A model generated the notes under the pieces. It was not told where the DNA came from. It ran no database searches and saw nothing but the letters and a program-made list of their open reading frames with translations. 64,000 nucleotides of DNA from a virus: positions 1 through 64,000 of the IMG/VR virus record IMGVR_UViG_3300023313_000005, one strand, 5' to 3'. This document shows positions 12,001 to 19,315 of the stretch, one piece after another. Position 1 is the first letter of the stretch, and each line of letters opens with the position of its first letter. The translations under genes were made by a program, and so were the position numbers.

Positions 12001-14806
12001 TACTGATAGTCAAAGAACAAGGGCTAAATTACAAATCATGCTTTATGCGTTAATGATAAAAATGAATAACCCTGAAGCAACATTTAAACATTTACAAGTT
12101 GCTTGGATACCGGGGGAATCAGCCATGTTTATGAATGACCATAAATCTCAAGTAGAAATTAACGTGTATTTAAATATGTTAGAAACATATTTTAAAACTG
12201 AAAAGCCTGAGATATATGAAACTATGATAAAAGAATCTCCGAATATTTTTAATCATTCTCATTATAGCTCAGTAGAAACTGAATTAAAAGAACAATTAAA
12301 TAGTAGTTCTGCTGTACATACATTAGAGCATAAACAGGCATTGCTTACAGAATTAATTAGTAAAAGTGCTACAGGTGTAACATTAAATGCTACCCAAAGA
12401 GATCAAGTAAATAAATTAACATATGAAATAATCGAATTAAAAAAGGATCCATCTGTTATATTAAATGCTGATATTGAAAAAATGGGATTGTCTGATATGA
12501 CAGTATCTAAATTATACTCAGGTCTATATTCGGATACAGACAATCCATTTCTTCATACATTTGAGCAATTAATGCAAGAAGGTAAAGAGAAAGTACATAG
12601 ACTTTATACTGAGAAAAAAAATAAATTTGATAGGTTAATGCTTCCTATTTTTAATAATTATTTAAAACGTAATGGGAAATCTTTAGTGGCTAATATGACA
12701 CATAAACAATTAAATTTTGTTAAATATTATATAGGAAATGGTAAAGGTTTATTTGATTTTGCTTATGTAAATAGAACAAAGGATAATTTTAATTATTTAG
12801 ACTTTGTTACTCCTAGTGATGCTCAGTGGTCAAATTTATCTGATTCTGAAAAAAGATTAATGTTATATATAATAGAAGAATTTAAAAAACCGTTTGATGA
12901 AAAAACAGGGTATTTAAATAAAGTTATTACAAAAGATAGATATGGTAGAGATCTTACTTCAATGGATTTAATTAATAGGAATAGAGCAATACCCTTTAAA
13001 TATACACCTAGTTTTATGCCTCGTGTACCAATGGGTACTGAAGAAGTTCGTCAACAATACCCTTTATTTTCTAAAGAAAAAATTAAGCATTTGTTTCGTA
13101 AACATATGACTACATATATAGAAGATAATTTTGAAGGTTATCGTAGTCAGGAAGCATTGCCTATGAAATATTTAGGGAATAGTCATATTATAAGTTCTGG
13201 AAATTATAGTAAGAATTTAGAAATAATATTTGATAAATTCATAAAAGGATCGTTAATGAAAGAACATATGCAAGATGCATATTCTATAGGTAAAGGATTG
13301 GAAATATTCTTTGATTCTAAAAAGGAAGGTACAGAAGATTTAATGCCTAATACTACTAAATTTTTAAAAGAAAAGATTAATATGGATATACTAGATAAAC
13401 ATCGTAAAGGTAGTATATCTCGTAAGAAATTAAAAATAGGTAAATATACATTATCTCCTCATAATATTACAAGGATGATAACTAAAATTACTAGTGCTCC
13501 AATAATGTGGTTACAACCAATCAATGGTACTAGAAATGGTATATTTATATCAATGCTAAATGCTAAAAAAGCAGTATCAGACTCAATTTATTCTAAATTA
13601 GCAGGTGTTGAAGAATCAGTAGTTGATTTCACACTTCCCGATTTAACAGCAGCGTGGGGAGAATGGGCTAAAATGTCAGCAGCTATGATAACTGGTAATG
13701 GTAAACATAATAAAATGTGGCTAATGGCTAAAGAGTTTAGATATTTACCAGATAATTATGATTGGGCTACCAGAAGTAATTTATTAATGACAGAACGTAA
13801 AGATTTAAGAACTGCTGCTTTTGGTAGTAGAACTATGTATATGTTTCATACATTGCCTGAAGAATGGCATGCTATGATGATTATGGTTGCACAAATGAAA
13901 AATATGAAACATAATGGTAAATCAATGTATGACAATTATGAAGTAGTAACAAAAGACGGAGTATCTCATTTAGAGTGGGTAGGAGGTGTTAGAGGAGTAG
14001 TTAAAAATAAAGAGACGGGAGAAGTAATTAAAGAATTGAGGGGATTGGACCACAAAGAAATGATACGTTTGAAGAGAGTTTATCAACAAATGCATGGTGG
14101 TTATAGGAGGGATGAAAGAACTGTCATGGAGGCTTTCATATGGGGGAAATTGATATTACAATTTAAAAAATATTTACCATCAGTATTACAAAATGCTTTT
14201 AAATCTAAACATGTAGATTACTCCATAGGTAATTATGAATTTACCGGTGATAAAGAAAATGGAGTTGAGGTAATGGAGTGGGTAGGTAGAATGACAGAAG
14301 GAAGATGGTTAGTAATGGGTAAAGTAATTGCTAATATGATTAAAATTCAAAATAATCCTGATTACAAATTTAAAACAATGCCTCCTCAGATGAAAAAGGA
14401 ACTCATTGATGGATTAGTGACATTATCATCTTGGGCATTACTATATGCGAATTATTTAATGATATTTGCAGGAGCAGATGATGATGATTCATTTAAGAAA
14501 TTGACTAATATAATTATTCAAAATTATAGTCAACAATATAATATTTGGGACATAGGCCGTAACTTTACTACAGCGCCTGCTTCGATTACTAAAACTTATG
14601 ATGCTACTAACGCATTGGGTACATTAATGTTATCATCAATGCTTTACTCATTTAATGTAGACAATCAATTAACTAATAGAGGAGAGTTACGTGGATGGAC
14701 TCAGACTAGAAGGTCGCTTCCGTATTTATCTACTTATTATAATATAGTAAGATTTATGGAACATTCAGATGATGCTGAAACATATATTCCTTTTAGAGTG
14801 AGATAA
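2..14806 (+). CDS. Giant virion RNA polymerase polyprotein (SF1 helicase-like, zincin, double-psi beta-barrel RNAP, zincin, PD-(D/E)XK-like domains); 5'-truncated by the window
   Basis: Frame is open from nt 2, so the ATG at 53 is probably internal. Catalytic DxDxD motif GFDFDVD (DFDVD at 8273-8287); Walker A GIAGTGKT, IVDE, LGDPLQ, AQGRTFD, MVSRA; HELFH and HELTH zincin motifs; GTPDLV..TDWKTG. Matches the crAss-like/phi14:2 vRNAP architecture. Confidence 0.9.
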   Translation, partial: LDDIDKLKTQFRSLEDLMTKVKDRYKEETKTKKQRIKELKNTTRNVVRNRIADEITKEIFDAVYSIYQADPDNFTDIEGVERAIDELKIIKGSLQARTNANNWKINNKTFVKIHVRIRDLEDILKKAKDNANNRDIAQDLSLVDKIKQIYKSIGVTIKEDGSYEIDNNELTDTIKEVVGETYFKKIMDDAKDNAARPYHPIYAEVIIHKIKNSRKVKSALKKQISLSAESIKLKGLEDWKTEIKSRPSRILENYIHLVFNVTDIQNENKKNHPFSVYKRNQNFYEFYRLVLAAPENSLFLQNGITKDEIVDELKKITHLISYVSLAYKVKSDFDIVNSVVAEINTFQNIKKENGDNTIIAPSIQQEIALRELQEFWGASFSRQYQGNIAYLKGIAGTGKTTAMSFIVKYLGLSKSEILASGHSKTSSHNLNQGLGIDSNKSVEELTKEDLKGKKLIIVDEIAGTTFKQFEHLIELTKDEKIKVIVLGDPLQIIRERVSPMDINVTKSRRIDISPLTVVYRTDVGIINTIGGLFRDNFKEISNVVLSANNEIGQAGAMGMHSALGFIEMDSAITNNATDKSAIIVANEEQRVELEERYKDSPAKVILYTDAQGRTFDNVFIFLNKDERNIKNEKWKDIHEFNTAMYNMVSRAQNYAVILGSNMGFTNSIDPSIGQRTSDSEKNKEENEIRHYENKKFEHDVLSKYLDDVEKPDNYNPSENPPPITPPDTDSEDDSDDNTPVPGTSSDGVNDGWRRQPPTGAKSPSNHRLWFPSSRFINLQKLSINNISEIIDPLVKAGSKVVIYRTRYEGEDAYYVLGQLKDSDKYGQIAILSKEELETEFGKNVSAVDSGYGSLIRTSDSKVFKLPNGDGGVVYKGTVSYASPLSYEYSNAIQKEGNGITSYIKDIFEHGMFVMAGLPIPDGIKYEYKIYTKKEITELEKIDTGVARFGLHPGVPYMAITIPGHKIPQHIRLNSRALNETDDEVKTMMEFMSIVDDIEKTSNLKLGTQEFNDALSKFRSNYSLTLLANGEVKVKKKRRTSNFNYSSATAKALTKLVPYIYTGVSKVKTITEEEFEKEEYDTNKFDAIKRGKNYVLQYKNTETLEHIAVLSKGKGKAQNAFNRIALANSYADSKDKETYKQHKQYMYVSERRRSDGKRIVVAKSLVTDPRQSKKYYQFILNTLKDHIENGSAPEGVTSVRWINEKNVAEAEAYITSQGIISVEQLHDIKESFSNVVTSDFLKGLFKFDESGNHSSSGYWLRKPLFLSDMQKSENEIEKLLTTKVKSITPTEIEIENSTQQKASPSDNSSSQPSPRSARRGRGGRRTLKSTDDSGNLGVEITLEEARKLAKQLIPGITEEELEFVSNHILAQKALPGEDLLGLMEDGVVWVSTLQNGKTVHKNVLRHELFHLLFNYYLATDFKNELLNLAKNEINGFDTLNIVEQEEKLAVLFQNYVKRKSSVSYKIGQIFKKLLKLLGFVSRKSITLNDLFEQIEHNEGLRSSKQSGIITRRTLIDIRNTFKTTANYRAAENYVIDAIYDFYDSDEGIPLNFTESIIEVLNLIKEDRSYIEKIPAKQRTSYQVDDLEMYNILLTPSGKNRIVYDDLINEIYPNFEFSKSGKLLKPKDNEVNLSEHITSVNTRNEELSTTDLVKHFMYNIVKDRIVTLKEYEKYWKDHYDKKPIGSKTGLYHLITKDTGEIVKEVLDPSFVYVKLLQGFTSLDLSKNIISQLSELLPNTTSSEGAIFEALATLYERATNEVLGNALISDYNFGEFISPIKFVINRDKVKNPSKSGLELVIKRKNMSTEEFLNKIAKLLQNKVNDSRIDLQLIIDLYRRSVAANLWTEISSHFGSQRESHLKTIKQKYHFVRRDGITYSVPENKYINSKQRGHHTVIKGLLHKALSDNLETKADVTAFLKKHNNEGTKYIPYLKSNDLSEKFIGLKGILRDLGLKEQVVKSIPLPIVSSIANNFYSFLVNDLKEVGDIKNVNKEESENIDNNIEYVTTSDVIDKSGNGILNSITAWLIADKPFLRATSAINAEGEKVYLFHMSSNGIDIIDNLLSNGKFAGSKGKKSHLDLPSHLEDSFYEHNIFMTGFQTMHRLIDHDGTINNDFGTLYKNETDAKWMNRVFNAGFIDVIAKGLSSNPRYIQYFYTISDRPNIMGVEVNVLDHTQIKDSIKNIILQHLSRPIELEHYLKNFNVLSNANFKILNKEDLLKLREAQEKNKNITKLLNKIVEKTYNNLQQKADTFTDTLLSEKFIADINLNKAKLKIDNIKKEIDKNDEQSVKAEPVVSKAPKKHDGKYVLDKETLHPMAELFYMNNYINSYSLNQLVTGDYAAFKSKGRDLEALDLVKRMSGVFGPGKLGNTDLLLGNKPTYKTVVVEDTIMDKEHVKKFLEKFYEIEDEVNDALKKYQELTEITDGQGFILPNRRDDISKSYGASYGLKNVLKPSYYGFSTKVINGVTVQFPVMLKYSATVLSDSLVNNNPVLRIIRDNMEKHGIDELVFESAIKEGVPKKITSFEEISTEGHQIHPDSILELHSDKFRLQLNPYSDIDAKVTQPTQLLYFLSVLKLNDKRSDNVYQSLGEIIKLNRELFGTDITESDIIKKLKQSFKNNNREQRSFELLNEGLSVNFPALTQSSIIQFASMLSKDSVQVKFPGSKLILQTDEGIVNPNTKERLQYVNKNGEMYVEAIVPKGLRDILKKGDFITSADAVAFRVPTSGLHSALPIKIVGFYDTENTNSIIVPRESIAILGFDFDVDSLFILRREYDKNGYPIGYHEKNNLFELDSKFLENIDTNSKEGKKLAIKYHKNIIIDNILKALSSKDNIEHMLSPISLLRLEKYKEEKSVDLSDVLDNRLMFRSNFDSAALTGVFANASKSLGYLAKLRDGNNNSLPLVVEDKFIKINGKIYNSFVEFEENTNISIFETLDSLLNAALDNVKVQILYHINANGVTGNAIAVLVGLGINLDTIVDILNQPVIRLLGTTKSKNALFELRNDLYEAYLNLESREYNREGISKNLPEINDDMLKTNLNKDINNLTENEILNQLAVLEQFEYAMFLGEKLADFSKSIKFAKELPVFVKDIKSNLELWNTVKSKFIVNTENIEKRLPHLYEGGNTLAMLNDIIAEVYDIHGENSYAFLNQLKEVFNIKIKYNSFENTEELKKELVKYIISGIDLLDEIFETPPSKIGAKSYNNIATWNRELIQQLLDEFSKLPNNILINYLNIRNNKISFTGGGDLNASQLVDFEDAFLELSESLQQKLIKYELLNNGTLFGTSNLSSIIPGDILQEANNEIIRQFKKLLPSLQTNILETEEGKVIKLENTNNHLDFLIQVALNNSKQLPYVSVKAEKETKFLAGVTEQGLYYDLKFLNPQTKSGFKYSKSAFPKFIKRTYNETSEVVYMRVTDPLTHEVLYQKIGFGRKHKINIRTKNVNTVEKNAIESAFSGAPYFKIKSHDNTTFNSTHELSKNEIVYLYVDDNRLDAESYEIVKAVKRYDMMDEFLGYMYTVKKVKSNPSSKTSRVFNLESKRINVDIVENINEGDHLELNELYELVYNSEDAGLISRLDALKGLLPEGIKIKVVKQSDIKGEASAFAGFSTEEGHFIVFGDKSISSHSIVHELTHIALYNLIDNYIKVDKRYITDKQYSLMSKLEDIFYSLRNHPNLKGEYGLTNLHEFISEVMSNSEFREKLSNINHYENNNRISLLDKILNFIKQLLGFDSKISNESIVSDSVLMVSDKILQEVITSYKGNIKSNSSFTANLESNTEDDSVDNNIKELIEKLKTDITNRDKDATVGIENGEEADYYIVNGEKIPRVHTVVSEFSNAFKNKTGSIAERAANKYWIEGIDHDTKLNTDLGEMTYETYVEYKDKEIKDNKLRGKINHKILETAGMNETETMKAMQDIKDKLAEIGMSIMPFQWLFKNKETILEKYGINIKDDVLLSEKTIYSTLLNLVGTPDLVSIDKFGRLSITDWKTGSAFNVEFVNTIMKYGDQVIDVTDSQRTRAKLQIMLYALMIKMNNPEATFKHLQVAWIPGESAMFMNDHKSQVEINVYLNMLETYFKTEKPEIYETMIKESPNIFNHSHYSSVETELKEQLNSSSAVHTLEHKQALLTELISKSATGVTLNATQRDQVNKLTYEIIELKKDPSVILNADIEKMGLSDMTVSKLYSGLYSDTDNPFLHTFEQLMQEGKEKVHRLYTEKKNKFDRLMLPIFNNYLKRNGKSLVANMTHKQLNFVKYYIGNGKGLFDFAYVNRTKDNFNYLDFVTPSDAQWSNLSDSEKRLMLYIIEEFKKPFDEKTGYLNKVITKDRYGRDLTSMDLINRNRAIPFKYTPSFMPRVPMGTEEVRQQYPLFSKEKIKHLFRKHMTTYIEDNFEGYRSQEALPMKYLGNSHIISSGNYSKNLEIIFDKFIKGSLMKEHMQDAYSIGKGLEIFFDSKKEGTEDLMPNTTKFLKEKINMDILDKHRKGSISRKKLKIGKYTLSPHNITRMITKITSAPIMWLQPINGTRNGIFISMLNAKKAVSDSIYSKLAGVEESVVDFTLPDLTAAWGEWAKMSAAMITGNGKHNKMWLMAKEFRYLPDNYDWATRSNLLMTERKDLRTAAFGSRTMYMFHTLPEEWHAMMIMVAQMKNMKHNGKSMYDNYEVVTKDGVSHLEWVGGVRGVVKNKETGEVIKELRGLDHKEMIRLKRVYQQMHGGYRRDERTVMEAFIWGKLILQFKKYLPSVLQNAFKSKHVDYSIGNYEFTGDKENGVEVMEWVGRMTEGRWLVMGKVIANMIKIQNNPDYKFKTMPPQMKKELIDGLVTLSSWALLYANYLMIFAGADDDDSFKKLTNIIIQNYSQQYNIWDIGRNFTTAPASITKTYDATNALGTLMLSSMLYSFNVDNQLTNRGELRGWTQTRRSLPYLSTYYNIVRFMEHSDDAETYIPFRVR

Positions 14807-14807
14807 A

Positions 14808-14831
14808 AAAGAGGGGATTTCTCCCCTCTTT
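14808..14831. terminator. Bidirectional intrinsic terminator between convergent blocks
   Basis: AAAGAGGGGA-tttc-TCCCCTCTTT stem-loop directly after the vRNAP stop. Confidence 0.8.
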
Positions 14832-14876
14832 CTAAATTCACATATTATAAACTACTAGGGCAACCTAACGCTTATA

Positions 14877-15230
14877 TCATCTATTATCTCCATCACCTTG
14901 TATAGTATTATTAATTCTGCGTTTATTTAATTTAATTAAATTTCTAACAGCAATTGTTTCTAAATCTATATTTAGTGAATCAGACAATGCGGCAACATAC
15001 CATAATACATCACCTATTTCTTTGCTTAGTTCTCTAATAAAGTTATCATCTAACTCTTTGTCACCGCGCATTACTTTTTTTACTTTATTAGCTATTTCAC
15101 CTGCTTCTCCTACCAGACCCATTGTAGTATATACAATAGCATCATCGTCAGAATAAACAGCTGTAGCTAGTGCTTCATCTTGGTACTCATTAAGAGTTAA
15201 TGTCGAATCATCTCCAATATCCAAATTCAT
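14877..15230 (-). CDS. MazG-like nucleotide pyrophosphohydrolase
   Basis: LNEYQ..A..TA, GLVGEAGE, KEIGDVLWY, N..KL..R motifs. Confidence 0.9.
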   Translation of the reverse strand: MNLDIGDDSTLTLNEYQDEALATAVYSDDDAIVYTTMGLVGEAGEIANKVKKVMRGDKELDDNFIRELSKEIGDVLWYVAALSDSLNIDLETIAVRNLIKLNKRRINNTIQGDGDNR

Positions 15231-15399
15231 AATGTATTTCTTTCCATTTTAATAATTTATACTTAATAGGTCTTTTAAAATTACCTATCTGTTTATTTTT
15301 TGAAATATAATTACAAGTTATCGGTTCGTTATTATCAAAATAACCTAATATTCTTTGAAATTTTTTAGGTTCTTGTTTTGTAATATCTATCCATTCCAT
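15208..15399 (-). CDS. Hypothetical protein, DUF551-like (start probably at MEWIDI)
   Basis: MEWIDITKQEP N-terminus; starts immediately after the RNR stop. Confidence 0.5.
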   Translation of the reverse strand: MEWIDITKQEPKKFQRILGYFDNNEPITCNYISKNKQIGNFKRPIKYKLLKWKEIHYEFGYWR

Positions 15400-15400
15400 A

Positions 15401-17599
15401 TTATAATATTTCACATTTACCACCTGCACATGATATTGATCCCAATGTATCAATATTTACATAAGATGGTTTTAAATTAATAGTTTTCCAATCAATAGTT
15501 ACTAAATTATTGTTTATATCATTCCATCTTTTAAAATTATGGACATCTTTTAAACAATAAGTCATACGTTTATAATCATTATTAAAATAATTTTTACTAA
15601 ACTTTTTAGCTCGTCTTATCCAATCTCTTTGTAAAAGATTTTCAGAAGTTTCTATAGATAGATCAATTCCTTTATTTAATAAAGTATCACATGCTAGCCA
15701 TAAATTATTATTAAAAGCATGTAATCCGTCTACAATTAATCCTGAAGCAAAAATACTAGCATTTCCATATTCAGATAGAATTTCTTCGGGAGTATATATT
15801 GCAATAAAAGGTGCTTGGTTATAATCTTTATCTCCTGTTTTATCAATTAAAGATATTCCTGTAAACCATTCCTTATTATCATAAATATATTTACTAACTT
15901 TATCCCAGTCGTCTACTATGATAGTATTTGATACATTATGTCGTAATTTTTTATCAATACATAATTCTTCATTAGTACCATATTCTATCCAATTTTGACG
16001 TACTATTTTAACATAAGATAATTGATTAACTCCCAATAATTCTTTCTTAAATAAAGAATTAGGATTTACTTCTATTGGAAAACTAAATATATAATCTGTA
16101 TTATTAGCACTCCATACAGATTCTTCTACAGCTTTTGGATTTAAATTTTTAAATATTAATCCCTCATCTTCTTCTTTATTTACTTGAATATTTCTTATAT
16201 ATCTACGTGAATGTTCTCCATGAATTCCACTAGCTGTTTCTAATAATATAGAAGTATTTCCAGAAGGTTTTACTGTAGTAGTTCGTGCTGATTGATTAAT
16301 CTTTATAAGAGCAGCTATTTCTTTATTTACCTTTTTGATTAATTCAGCACCTTTTTTCTGTAAAGATTTGTTAAATAAAACAGAAGGATTATTCATCCAT
16401 CCAGTTAAAGAACAGCCCAATAGAGCTTCTTTATTAAATATCTGTCTAGATATACTAGGAATGTATTTAAAGTCTGTATATGACGCTTGTATAGTGCCTA
16501 AAATGGCTGCTCCTTCACATGCTTTGAGGAATGTTTCTTCATTATCACATAATCCTCCATTTATTTCACATAAATTACAGCCTTGCCATCCTGATATTCC
16601 ATCTTTTGTTTTAGGTATCATAGATATTTCAACACAAGGATTATACACTATATCTTCATTATCACTCCATACAAAACCTGGTTCTCCCCATTCCTTTACT
16701 TTATTAATTATTTTATCAAATTCTTCTTTACTAGTACTATTTCGTAATAATACTACAGAGTTATTTGATCTAGCGCGTTGAGGATTTTCAGAATACCAGT
16801 TTCCTGTTTTAGCATTTAACATATCATGATCATCATGACTAAATAAACATATTGTTGCAGAACGTCTTACGCCACCGCTTAATACAGCGTCGGACATATA
16901 CATTATACAATCATATGCAATAATAGATTTAAATATACCAATAGAATTATTTAATAAAGTTTCTATTTTAATTATACTATTACGTAGCCCATCGGAACCA
17001 GGAGCTTTAAATCCTCCTGATATATATGATCCTTTAGGTCTAATCTGAGAATAATCAAAATCTATTCTATATCCTGAATATTTATTATATTTGTTATCTA
17101 CTGTAGTATAAGAACTAATTAATACACCTATTGCATCTGACCATCCTTCTATTGAGTCTTCTATTACAAAAGTTTTAACTCCCTTTTCTCTAGATTCTAT
17201 ATCAGGTAATTTATTAGTATGACATTTTTGTACACTAAATCCTACACCACATCCGCATAATAACCAATACATGCATTCATTAAAAAATTCAATTCTATCA
17301 ACATATCCTGTAATACAATTAAACATTTTAGCTTCATGTTTTAAAATAGGGGCACCCCCGAATTGGAGTGCCCTTTGTGAACCTAAAATTAATTTATCTT
17401 TATATAATTGTTCAGCTAATTGAATTTTATCTTCTAATTCATTAGACATTACATCATTTAATTTTAAACGATGCATATCCATTACTCTTTTTACGGATTC
17501 ATCCCATGTTTCTTTTCTATTTAAATTATCAATATATTTAGCATAACTACTTTGGAATTTATAATCTGCTAATAATTTTCTACCTTTGTTTATGTCCAT
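15401..17599 (-). CDS. nrdJ: Class II (adenosylcobalamin-dependent) ribonucleotide reductase
   Basis: GGVRRSA, NPCVEI, CNLCE, TTVKPSG, C-terminal CAGGKC; no small-subunit gene nearby. Confidence 0.85.
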   Translation of the reverse strand: MDINKGRKLLADYKFQSSYAKYIDNLNRKETWDESVKRVMDMHRLKLNDVMSNELEDKIQLAEQLYKDKLILGSQRALQFGGAPILKHEAKMFNCITGYVDRIEFFNECMYWLLCGCGVGFSVQKCHTNKLPDIESREKGVKTFVIEDSIEGWSDAIGVLISSYTTVDNKYNKYSGYRIDFDYSQIRPKGSYISGGFKAPGSDGLRNSIIKIETLLNNSIGIFKSIIAYDCIMYMSDAVLSGGVRRSATICLFSHDDHDMLNAKTGNWYSENPQRARSNNSVVLLRNSTSKEEFDKIINKVKEWGEPGFVWSDNEDIVYNPCVEISMIPKTKDGISGWQGCNLCEINGGLCDNEETFLKACEGAAILGTIQASYTDFKYIPSISRQIFNKEALLGCSLTGWMNNPSVLFNKSLQKKGAELIKKVNKEIAALIKINQSARTTTVKPSGNTSILLETASGIHGEHSRRYIRNIQVNKEEDEGLIFKNLNPKAVEESVWSANNTDYIFSFPIEVNPNSLFKKELLGVNQLSYVKIVRQNWIEYGTNEELCIDKKLRHNVSNTIIVDDWDKVSKYIYDNKEWFTGISLIDKTGDKDYNQAPFIAIYTPEEILSEYGNASIFASGLIVDGLHAFNNNLWLACDTLLNKGIDLSIETSENLLQRDWIRRAKKFSKNYFNNDYKRMTYCLKDVHNFKRWNDINNNLVTIDWKTINLKPSYVNIDTLGSISCAGGKCEIL

Positions 17600-18180
17600 A
17601 TATTTTTTTCTATTTTTATATTTAACATATCAATATTAAATGTTTCTTTACTCATATCAGGAATTGAACTAACGTCTTGTGTTCTAGGAATATGTACAAT
17701 AGAATTACAACGTGGTTCAGATAATTCTTTTTCTAATTCTAGATACAATTCTTCTGATCTATATAAAATTTGTCTAAGTTTTAATATAAAATCAAAGTGT
17801 TGATCTTTAAAGAATTTGAAAATATAATTTTTATATTCATCATCCATATATGAATATTTACCTTTTAAAAATAAAAAATAATTTTGTTCATATCCTTCGG
17901 GTAAATTATAAACATACATAACATATTCCTCATTAATTACATAATGGTCATTATATAAATATTTATTAATTAACCATTCATGCAATTCAGTATACCATTT
18001 TTTATTGTTTCGATATAATAAAAATATTTTATCCGTATATTTTGTTTGAGTATTATCCCTAACAAAACATCCAGATAGATTAGAATATTCGGAATATTTT
18101 CCGCCTAATAATGGTAAAACGTAAGTAAAAGATTTGTTCTTTAATCTTAATGTGCTTACTTTTTTTACCATCTCTGTCAT
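17590..18180 (-). CDS. Hypothetical protein
   Basis: 196-aa ORF tightly packed in the replication operon. Confidence 0.7.
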   Translation of the reverse strand: MTEMVKKVSTLRLKNKSFTYVLPLLGGKYSEYSNLSGCFVRDNTQTKYTDKIFLLYRNNKKWYTELHEWLINKYLYNDHYVINEEYVMYVYNLPEGYEQNYFLFLKGKYSYMDDEYKNYIFKFFKDQHFDFILKLRQILYRSEELYLELEKELSEPRCNSIVHIPRTQDVSSIPDMSKETFNIDMLNIKIEKNIWT

Positions 18181-18183
18181 TAT

Positions 18184-18960
18184 TTATATTAGTTTAGATA
18201 AATCAATAGATTCATTATCATCATTATTGATATGATTAATAATTGGTTCTTTTGGTAAATAACCAATTGTACTCTCCATATCAAAATCATTACATAACAT
18301 ATAAATCATATTAAATGTTTCATAAAATCGTGTTATTCCTTCATGTATTCCATATTTTTTTATATATTCATTTATACAAATACTTTGATAAGTATCTGTT
18401 GCTAATTTATTTTCAAATAGTTTATTAACTGTTTTTATTCCCATGCCTTCTAATCCTTCTATACCATCTGTAGAATCTCCCATTAAAGTTTGTGTAAAAA
18501 TAAATCTATTTACATCATCATACGTTACTGTTATAAATGCATTTTTACTATAATTATAATGAGTACCTATGTTTTGATATAATACATCTTTATCAATTGC
18601 TGATATTATATTATTAGTATATTTTGTACTAAAATATGAAACTAAATCATCCGCTTCTAAATTAGTATCATAATATGCGTTATAATTTTGTATCATATAT
18701 TCTTTTAATGCATAGAATATAGGAGGTTTAGATACATCTTTCCTATTATGCTTATAACCTTTACTGTATTTATAATTTTTATATCTAAAACACTTGCCTT
18801 TTGTAATAAATAATATATATTTAGTAGTGTTACATGATTTATTAATATCATTAATTAATGTATTTAATCGTTTAATAGATGCTTCATATGATCGATCTAA
18901 GTCATTTTTTCTGGGTAAACTTAAATATAATATAGAATCTGCGTCTATTAAATTAACCAT
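18184..18960 (-). CDS. 5'-3' exonuclease (FEN/T7 gp6-like)
   Basis: LIDADS, YKHNR, LEADD, IDKD, LMGDSTDGIEGLEGMG motifs. Confidence 0.9.
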   Translation of the reverse strand: MVNLIDADSILYLSLPRKNDLDRSYEASIKRLNTLINDINKSCNTTKYILFITKGKCFRYKNYKYSKGYKHNRKDVSKPPIFYALKEYMIQNYNAYYDTNLEADDLVSYFSTKYTNNIISAIDKDVLYQNIGTHYNYSKNAFITVTYDDVNRFIFTQTLMGDSTDGIEGLEGMGIKTVNKLFENKLATDTYQSICINEYIKKYGIHEGITRFYETFNMIYMLCNDFDMESTIGYLPKEPIINHINNDDNESIDLSKLI

Positions 18961-19315
18961 TTCTAATTTGTTTTATCATATTATAATACGTATTTTTTTT
19001 CATATATACAAATTCTCCTTGAGGTAAAAATATTCCTTTTTCAGAACGCTTAACATGTTTGTGAAAAATAACTAAATCTTTTTCATCTCGTCCTGTATTT
19101 AATAAAATATTATTTATTTCTCGTTTACTTATTGATTTCTTTATTTTACATTGAATATCATGGAGTAATTCATCTCCAAATATATCAATGCCTTTATTAT
19201 CCATATTACGTGATTCACTTCTTGAAGTAACACAAAACATGTTCATATTTTTTAGTTCATTAACTATTTGTCGTTCATAGTTATGACCTGCTGTTCGATT
19301 ACGATTTTTAGCCAT
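18953..19315 (-). CDS. PD-(D/E)XK endonuclease, Holliday junction resolvase-like
   Basis: GHNYER, GIDI, IQCK motifs. Confidence 0.75.
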   Translation of the reverse strand: MAKNRNRTAGHNYERQIVNELKNMNMFCVTSRSESRNMDNKGIDIFGDELLHDIQCKIKKSISKREINNILLNTGRDEKDLVIFHKHVKRSEKGIFLPQGEFVYMKKNTYYNMIKQIRNG

